A stretch of DNA of 64,000 bases, from contig DFQQ01000017.1 of NCBI GenBank assembly GCA_002377855.1, positions 298-64,297 on the forward strand, in the 5' to 3' direction. Every line of letters starts with the position of its first letter. Within the stretch, counting starts at the first letter, position 1. This document shows, piece by piece, positions 58,180-64,000 of this stretch. The position numbers and the translations under genes are program-made. The stretch comes from Acidovorax delafieldii (GTDB lineage Bacteria; Pseudomonadota; Gammaproteobacteria; Burkholderiales; Burkholderiaceae_C). The notes under the pieces are model-generated. The model was given only the letters and a program-made list of their open reading frames with translations, was not told the origin of the DNA and searched no databases.

Positions 58180-59175
58180 ATGAGCAATCTGATTTGTAAG
58201 CCGCTGCTCTCGCTTCTTGGTAGCGCAGTGCTGTGCATGGCTGCGGCCTCATCTTGGGCAGCTTCGGACGATGTGATCTCCGTTGAAAAGTACCAGCCGC
58301 CTATCACCGTGCAGCATCCACCGGCATCGTCCCATGGCTGGAACATGGAGCGGCCACTGGTGAACAACGGACTCAATTTGTTTGCCGCAAACGTTCCGTC
58401 TTATGACGGCAAGGGCATGCTGTTCTCAAGCTGGACAGCACAGAACGGTCGAGTGTTCGAGCGTCCCACCATCATCATCGTTCATGGTGGGCATGGTGTG
58501 GCACCCGGCAATCTGGACACCGCTGTATGGGCCAAGCGCAATCTCGATGCCAACATACTGATTCTCGATTCCTACTGGTCGCGCGGCCGGGATGAAAACT
58601 GGCTGGCATGGACACGTTTTGGTGCCAACATGCGGGTGCTCGATCTGATCGCCGCCGCACGTTTCGTCAAGTCGGAAGGTGCTGATCCCAAGAAGACGTT
58701 CGTGATTGGCGACAGCCAAGGCGGGTGGACGGTGCTGCGTGCATTCTCCAACCACAACCTCAGTGGCGAAGTGAAGTCGTTGCTGGCTGGAGGTGTGTCT
58801 CTGTACCCCAACTGCTACGTGAAAGAGTCCATTTTTGGACGTGCGCCGAGCGGCAGTACGGACAAGGAAGATGCTCCTATGCTTGGAAACTATGTGGCAC
58901 CTGTGATCGCTTTCACCGGAACTGCTGACACCGCCACACCGCTGTCTCAGTGCAACGTGGACAAAGTATTCAAGGGCGTCGAGAAATGGACGAACTTTGA
59001 GGGTGCTACGCATGCATGGGACTCCCCAACCAAGGGTGTTGGTCGCCGGGCGGAAGATAACGTGTGCACTCGGGCGCTCAACAAGTACAACCCGTTCCCA
59101 ATCTGTAGCAGCAACAAGTTCACAGACACTACCCGTAACGACATTATCGAATTCGTCAATCGACACCTGCCTTGA
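58180..59175 (+). CDS. secreted alpha/beta serine hydrolase, paralog 2 (tandem duplicate)
   Basis: Colinear with paralog 1, with most positions identical by eye. GDSQGGW, TGTADTATP and GATHAWD motifs. Confidence 0.75.
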   Translation: MSNLICKPLLSLLGSAVLCMAAASSWAASDDVISVEKYQPPITVQHPPASSHGWNMERPLVNNGLNLFAANVPSYDGKGMLFSSWTAQNGRVFERPTIIIVHGGHGVAPGNLDTAVWAKRNLDANILILDSYWSRGRDENWLAWTRFGANMRVLDLIAAARFVKSEGADPKKTFVIGDSQGGWTVLRAFSNHNLSGEVKSLLAGGVSLYPNCYVKESIFGRAPSGSTDKEDAPMLGNYVAPVIAFTGTADTATPLSQCNVDKVFKGVEKWTNFEGATHAWDSPTKGVGRRAEDNVCTRALNKYNPFPICSSNKFTDTTRNDIIEFVNRHLP

Positions 59176-59244
59176 GTCACAGCAAGCCATATCCTGGGTT
59201 ATACGAACAAACGTTCATCACCAAATACACTCAATACGAGAAAA

Positions 59245-59273
59245 CTGGTGGTTTCAAGCACCGTAACCACCAG
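59245..59273. terminator. hairpin between convergent hydrolase and Rep genes
   Basis: CTGGTGGTT-N11-AACCACCAG is a perfect 9-bp inverted repeat. No clear T-run follows. Confidence 0.4.
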
Positions 59274-59281
59274 CCAGCTAC

Positions 59282-60397
59282 TTACGCACGAAGCCATGCA
59301 CGCTCGTTTTGCGTGGCTTCGCGCCAGCCAATCCAGCGGCTCGGCTCATACACAAATCGGCTCTCCAGAGCCCAGTCTGGTGGCTCCATGATGGCTGCAG
59401 CATTGGTTATCGAAGCCCAGTTTGTCGCGTCGTCTCGCAACGCCGGAATCGACAGATCAATGCCGTACTGCTGGAGGACCTCCAAGCGGCGGCGATAGTA
59501 AGTGGTTGGGCTTTTGCAGAAGTCCATAGGGCGGCGACCATCAAGCCATAAAGCGATCAAAGTGCGATGTTCCAGTTTGGCTGTCAGTAGCAAAAGCTCC
59601 CGCTTGTCCAAAGGCGGCAAGTCTTGCAAAGGGATCGCCTGGACCGTCTCAAGATGCAGCACGCGAGCGGTATCCGGATGCCAGAGTGAGCCATGATTGA
59701 AAAGGCGGTTCTTGTTCTTGAGACAGCGCTTAAGCCGGGCCTCAATTCGCACGCCTTGCGCCAGAAACTGCTCAAGCATGTGATCGAAATACAGGTTTGT
59801 TCCAACGCGATCAAAGTCCATTGGCATACGGCCTAACAGCTTGCGTTTGTGCTTCGGAAGGCCATCTAAAAAGTAGTGGTGCTTGTTGTAGATGAGAATC
59901 TGTCGATCACGCGAGTTCGGGTGGAGCCGGACTCCGATTCCAGGCCGGATAGGCGTCGCTTCGAGCACCGGATCGGCATAGCGGCGGATGTTGTCACAGA
60001 GCCGGTGAATCATGCCCTCCGGCAGCGCGTAGTGCTCTGCCACATGCACTTCATCGACGGCATAGTTGCCGGTGTTAAGTGCTTCAATAACGGATGCAGG
60101 GCATGCCAGTTTCATGGTCTCAAACACCAACAGTACGGAAGCTTTGACCAGCCCCGTAAAGTCGTTGGAACCCATGCCGTTGTGCCCTTGCAGCCACAGC
60201 GCTGGCGAGCCAGAAAACCGCATGCGTTCTGCACCGTTTTCCACTCGCGCACAGAAGTGCGGAGCATCTTTGCCTGCGCATACTTTGACTTCAGTGAACG
60301 ACTTGGTTTTGGCTCCGCCGGGGTGACGTGTCATGACGGCCTTTCCAATTTCCGGAAAGTCATCGCCATTTATGGTTATGTCGAAATAGTCAATCAT
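59282..60397 (-). CDS. phage/plasmid replication initiation protein, gene II/X (rolling-circle) family-like
   Basis: SGSPALWLQGHNGMGSNDF resembles the gpII-family NP-x-K-x-LQGHN-x-FG block, from memory. ATG at 60397 (MIDYFDI...). Confidence 0.6.
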   Translation of the reverse strand: MIDYFDITINGDDFPEIGKAVMTRHPGGAKTKSFTEVKVCAGKDAPHFCARVENGAERMRFSGSPALWLQGHNGMGSNDFTGLVKASVLLVFETMKLACPASVIEALNTGNYAVDEVHVAEHYALPEGMIHRLCDNIRRYADPVLEATPIRPGIGVRLHPNSRDRQILIYNKHHYFLDGLPKHKRKLLGRMPMDFDRVGTNLYFDHMLEQFLAQGVRIEARLKRCLKNKNRLFNHGSLWHPDTARVLHLETVQAIPLQDLPPLDKRELLLLTAKLEHRTLIALWLDGRRPMDFCKSPTTYYRRRLEVLQQYGIDLSIPALRDDATNWASITNAAAIMEPPDWALESRFVYEPSRWIGWREATQNERAWLRA

Positions 60398-60570
60398 GGT
60401 GTTGTTGTGGCGTGCTTTCACTCTCATTTCTGAGCAATTAAGTTCACACCTGTCCAATAGTGATAGTCATCTCCATAGCTCTACTTAGCCAATGCCACCG
60501 TCTGCCACTGCGTTGATGTGGTCGCGCAGAGGTGTGCAGCGGTGCATTGGCTAGTGGATGCACATATGCA

Positions 60571-61575
60571 TCACTTCGTTTTGAGCCAGCGGCCAACGGT
60601 GGTTCGGTCAATGCCCAGCTCGTCGGCAATAGCGACTTGAGACAAGCCTTTGGCCTTCATTGCATGGGCTTTTCCGATGCGCGGGTCTCGGTGCAGGCCC
60701 TCAATGTGGTGCCACGAAACGTCACCGTTTTCATCTTGCCGCAGGGTTGCCGCGATGGGCTGAACCTCGGTGTTTGCCAGGTGGCGAGATTTCTCCCAGA
60801 CAAGGTTGAAGCGCAACGCACCGTCACCGGCAACGTCCTCCACGGGCTTGAGGGCTACCGACCAGTCCAGCGCATCCTCATGGCTGCTACTGCCGCGCTG
60901 CTTGCCCGTTTTGCCGGTATGGTGGATCACGATGACTGTGCGGCCAGCACGTTTGTGGCCGAGCATCCAGCGCATCATCGGCGCCCAGGCTTCAGCAGTT
61001 TCACGACCATCACCGCTCCAGGCGGAGTAGTTGTCGATGAAGATGACGTCCCATTCTGTCCCGATCATTTCGTCGATAGCGCGCTGACCTTCGGCCGTGT
61101 TGATTGAGGGCAGCAGATCGGTAAAGGCTTCAGGCGTGAAGAGCTTCAGATTGCTCGGAGGGTCTACATTGAAGCTGCGGCACAGCGACAGGATGCGCTG
61201 GCGCAGGGTGAAGAGGTCCATCTCGCCGTCGAGGTAGATAACTCGACGTGCACGACGAGCTTTGCGGCCAAGGAAAGCGATGCAGGCGCTTATGCAGATG
61301 GCGAGGCTCAACGCCACCCAGGTCTTGCCGCGACCGCGTGGTCCAAACAACATGCCGGTCTGGTTGGATTGGATGAGACGGCCCCAGTGGTTCTTGCGGC
61401 GTGGCACTTCGAGGTGCACGAACTTGGCTGCGGAGATCAAGCGCATTTCGCTTCGAGGGCGGAATGGCTTGCCTTGGTTCGGCTCCGTCATGGGCGAGCG
61501 AGGGCGAGCCACCTTCGCAGATTGGGAGGTAGTTTTCATGACTTCTTTGGAAGGCATGGCCGCAGCAACGGCCAT
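60571..61575 (-). CDS. RepA-like AAA/RecA-fold ATPase with C-terminal HTH
   Basis: Walker A GPRGRGKTW, Walker B VIFIDNYS, and C-terminal HTH LSQVAIADELGIDRTTVGRWLK. Confidence 0.75.
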   Translation of the reverse strand: MAVAAAMPSKEVMKTTSQSAKVARPRSPMTEPNQGKPFRPRSEMRLISAAKFVHLEVPRRKNHWGRLIQSNQTGMLFGPRGRGKTWVALSLAICISACIAFLGRKARRARRVIYLDGEMDLFTLRQRILSLCRSFNVDPPSNLKLFTPEAFTDLLPSINTAEGQRAIDEMIGTEWDVIFIDNYSAWSGDGRETAEAWAPMMRWMLGHKRAGRTVIVIHHTGKTGKQRGSSSHEDALDWSVALKPVEDVAGDGALRFNLVWEKSRHLANTEVQPIAATLRQDENGDVSWHHIEGLHRDPRIGKAHAMKAKGLSQVAIADELGIDRTTVGRWLKTK

Positions 61576-61598
61576 GGTATTTGTCTTGTGCTTGATAT

Positions 61599-62129
61599 TT
61601 ACAGCGACGGTGCGACTTCAGCCGAAGAGGTCAGTTCGGACTTCGTGGTGCGCGGGCCACATCTGATATGGACCTCACGGACAGTCTTGCCTTCGCGCTC
61701 GCGACTAACACCCGAGACGATGATCTCAAGTCCGTTGTCGGTGTCGTGGCGGTAGACGTTCGCTTCAGGATTCAAATACGTCACTCCCTTCAGCTTGCCG
61801 CGCGTGCCCACGGTGAGCAAGGTTTTGGCGTAGTTAGCCCCAAATTTGTTCAACAAGAACGCTTCTGTCAGGTAACAGCGGCGAAGAGCGGCCTTGGCGT
61901 CAGCGCTGATGTAGACCTGTGTCAAGTCGATGATCTGGAAGTTTGCGCGGAATTCGGCTTGCTCTGCGGACAGCTTCAAGAACTTGTGAATTGACAGTGT
62001 TTTATCTGCGGCGAGAGTCTGCAGGTCCACACGTTCCATTTTTTCAGCGTTTGCAGAAGGTGTGATGCAGATTTGCGAACCGTCGATTGACGCCAGATTT
62101 TTTTCGGCATTTTCATTAATTTCGGACAT
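61599..62129 (-). CDS. hypothetical protein (176 aa)
   Basis: The ATG follows GGAGAAG. No recognisable motif. Same-strand module with the ATPase and Rep genes. Confidence 0.5.
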   Translation of the reverse strand: MSEINENAEKNLASIDGSQICITPSANAEKMERVDLQTLAADKTLSIHKFLKLSAEQAEFRANFQIIDLTQVYISADAKAALRRCYLTEAFLLNKFGANYAKTLLTVGTRGKLKGVTYLNPEANVYRHDTDNGLEIIVSGVSREREGKTVREVHIRCGPRTTKSELTSSAEVAPSL

Positions 62130-62182
62130 GACTTCTCCAGTCCATGCATGGCATGGATCAAATAGATATGAAAACCAGTGAT

Positions 62183-62557
62183 TTATTTGACAGTGGGACG
62201 AGAGTCAACCCACTCCAGGAAAGCGATCTCGTCGATCAGGACTCGACGACCCACTTTACGAATTGCGTGAGCAAGACCATTGCCTGGAATAACGTCATTC
62301 CCACCCTTGCCACGCGCACGCAATCGAGGCTTGGATGCAAATATCAATGCACGCAGAGAACCTTCAGTGAATACGGGGTGTTTCACGGAAAACTGCTGGA
62401 CTGAGAGCCACTTTTTTACCTCAGAATTGCCGTGAGATTCCGTCAAGGATTCCTTTTCAACCTTGGACGGAACGCTCTTCAATGTCTTCTTCGACAAAAA
62501 TCTGACAAATGTACTTTCATATCCCGCACTTACATTAGTTGAGACAGGTGAATTCAT
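62183..62557 (-). CDS. excisionase/AlpA-like HTH DNA-binding protein
   Basis: ATG at 62557, 4 nt after AAGGAG. WLSVQQFSVKHPVFTEGSLRALIF...IRKVGRRVLIDEIAFLEWV fits the MerR-like excisionase HTH pattern. Confidence 0.6.
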   Translation of the reverse strand: MNSPVSTNVSAGYESTFVRFLSKKTLKSVPSKVEKESLTESHGNSEVKKWLSVQQFSVKHPVFTEGSLRALIFASKPRLRARGKGGNDVIPGNGLAHAIRKVGRRVLIDEIAFLEWVDSRPTVK

Positions 62558-62672
62558 AAAGCTCCTTAGATACATCGGTAGTGGTTGAGAGAATCTGCTC
62601 AACCTTTGGCAATGATGCCCAGCACTGCCAATTTCTCTAAGGGAAAGGATGCTCTAGTAAATTTTCCCTACC

Positions 62673-63533
62673 CTATGCACCCCTCAACTGTCCAATGAAA
62701 TCGTCGTAATATGCAATGTGCCTATAGCCCTCATCTCTAAGCGCCAATGCCACGGGATACTGCTTTTTGGTACGGTCAGCATATGAGTCATATGAAGCAA
62801 CGCGCTCTCCCTCTGGAGTTATATGGATAATTTCATGCTTTGACTCACCATTGTTAATTCTTTGAAGAATTTTTACGTAGGCTTCATACACACCAGCGGG
62901 ATTAAACGACTTTAAGCCTTCGTATGAATCCAGGGATGTAATGCCTATTCGCCGAAGCAACTCTCTCTGCTTCAAAACAATTTGACGAATAGATTCATTC
63001 AAAAACCCAATAGGATGCAAAACATCAATTTTCACTACCACCTCAGTTTTTTTAATATCAGTGACAGTAACGGCCAAAGGCTTTTGACGTGGATGTTCTC
63101 GATCGTTCAATTCAGCAAAAACATCTACGGTCAATCTACCAAATATATTCTCATCAGCTTTAGGCAACGGGGTTATTTCAGGGTCTATCCACTTACTGAT
63201 CCCAAAATGCGCTTGCGGAGTGACGGAGGGTGCATGGCCTACAGACCAGCCTTCACGCCTACTCTCTTCAGTCCGGCTAATCCAATCACCTACGGTTTCT
63301 CCGTTTAATGCCGCAGGCTGAGAAAAGAACAGCGACATAGAGGTTTCCGGTGGGCATGCCAACAAGGGCATTCCCCCAGCCGCCCTCTTCAAATCTCGCA
63401 CAGACAAAGGGAGACTCATCCATTCGGCATAGGCCGCGCGATACGCAGGGTTGAATCGTAGAAACTCCCATGCCCACTGACGAGGTGAGAGCTCTCTTGA
63501 GTTCTTGGGTGCCTTTTTGGTTCTTCCAGCCAT
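62673..63533 (-). CDS. DUF6499-like transcriptional-regulator-domain protein
   Basis: N-terminal SPRQWAWEFLRFNPAYRAAYAEW matches the WAWEFLRRNP-type motif I associate with DUF6499/DUF2285 proteins. AT-rich gene. Alternative starts at 63545 and 63578. Confidence 0.55.
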   Translation of the reverse strand: MAGRTKKAPKNSRELSPRQWAWEFLRFNPAYRAAYAEWMSLPLSVRDLKRAAGGMPLLACPPETSMSLFFSQPAALNGETVGDWISRTEESRREGWSVGHAPSVTPQAHFGISKWIDPEITPLPKADENIFGRLTVDVFAELNDREHPRQKPLAVTVTDIKKTEVVVKIDVLHPIGFLNESIRQIVLKQRELLRRIGITSLDSYEGLKSFNPAGVYEAYVKILQRINNGESKHEIIHITPEGERVASYDSYADRTKKQYPVALALRDEGYRHIAYYDDFIGQLRGA

Positions 63534-63768
63534 GCTTTGCCTCATTTGGAACACTGCAATTGTGAGCACCGTAGCCAAATTTTGCTCATGCCGAAAGAGC
63601 CGGCATCAATGCACATTGATGCCCAGTTGGGGGCGTCCTCCGCGTCACAGCTATGTCACAGTCGCTGCCAAATTTCGGCATAAACCTCGATCGTTGCGGG
63701 CTGTTAAAATCATGCCGTCTAGAGTGAAGACAGCAATTGGCAGCAATTGGAAACAGTTAGTGCTGGAG

Positions 63769-63814
63769 TTCGTAATGAGAAGGTCGGGTGTTCGATTCAT
63801 CTCTCCGGCACCAA
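63769..63814 (+). repeat. attR core (duplicated tRNA-Thr 3' half)
   Basis: Identical 46-mer to 34394-34439. Sequence upstream of 63769 no longer matches the tRNA. Confidence 0.9.
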
Positions 63815-63829
63815 GTAAACAAAGGAAAA

Positions 63830-63863
63830 CCTGCTATCAAAACGGTAGCGGGGTTTTTCTTTT
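63830..63863 (+). terminator. displaced tRNA-Thr terminator just outside attR
   Basis: CCTGCTATC-aaaac-GGTAGCGGG stem (two G-U pairs) followed by TTTTTCTTTT. Confidence 0.5.
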
Positions 63864-64000
63864 GGCGGGGTATGTAAGGGTAGATGTAAGACGTTTTTGA
63901 AGATGGATCCGAACGGACACACATTCTCGCCACCCACGCATCCGTGATGCGGCACTCATCCCAGCGTCCAATTGGCCAACCGACTTGCGCAATCGCACCG

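Larger units (their letters stand above)
34394..63814. mobile_element. ~29.4-kb integrative genomic island in the 3' end of tRNA-Thr
   Basis: Perfect 46-bp direct repeats at both ends. The integrase lies next to attL and the excisionase-like and Rep genes next to attR. Composition is patchy and AT-richer, and the cargo is accessory/defence type. Confidence 0.85.

Noticed and set aside
63769-63814. A second tRNA gene or tRNA pseudogene
   Set aside because: Only the 3' half, from the anticodon loop to CCA, is present. It is the att duplication, not a gene.
63505-63900. A 131-aa plus-strand ORF at the island edge
   Set aside because: It reads straight through the attR tRNA fragment and the terminator hairpin, so it is not plausible as a gene.

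Overview
High-GC betaproteobacterial chromosome segment. It looks Comamonadaceae-like from gene content and intergenic repeats, but that is inference, since no database search was possible. Positions 1-34.35 kb are ordinary core genes: gltX, the purF-cvpA-SPOR-folC cluster, argG, a hybrid histidine kinase, murB, yajQ, plsY, ybaK, a LysR/Bug pair, an M20 peptidase, an aldo-keto reductase, a Nei-like glycosylase, a five-gene LIV-type ABC importer, prfB with its programmed +1 frameshift, pepN and fbp. At 34363 a tRNA-Thr(CGU) gene is the insertion site of a ~29.4-kb genomic island (34394-63814). The island is bounded by a perfect 46-bp direct repeat of the tRNA 3' half. From left to right it carries: a tyrosine integrase; a Phd/VapC toxin-antitoxin pair; an orphan nuclease-like ORF; a Hanks-type Ser/Thr kinase coupled to a 382-aa unknown protein; a second tyrosine recombinase; an 11.2-kb six-gene translationally coupled operon; a tight four-gene operon of unknowns; an XRE regulator with a lipoprotein and two tandem secreted hydrolase paralogs; and a replication/excision module. 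The six-gene operon encodes a DUF499-type ATPase, a short PglZ-like phosphatase, a PD-(D/E)xK-like ORF, a DUF1156-type split methyltransferase, a small ORF and an SNF2 helicase. The replication module encodes a gpII-like Rep, a RepA-like ATPase-HTH, an AlpA/excisionase-like protein and a DUF6499-like protein. The best candidates for an undescribed system are the non-canonical BREX-3/Hma-like six-gene operon (41123-52349), especially its PglZ-like plus nuclease-like insert, and the kinase plus 382-aa pair (37363-39530). No rRNA, CRISPR array or transposase was seen. All family names come from motifs read in the translations plus recollection of those families. Nothing was searched or computed beyond hand counting.
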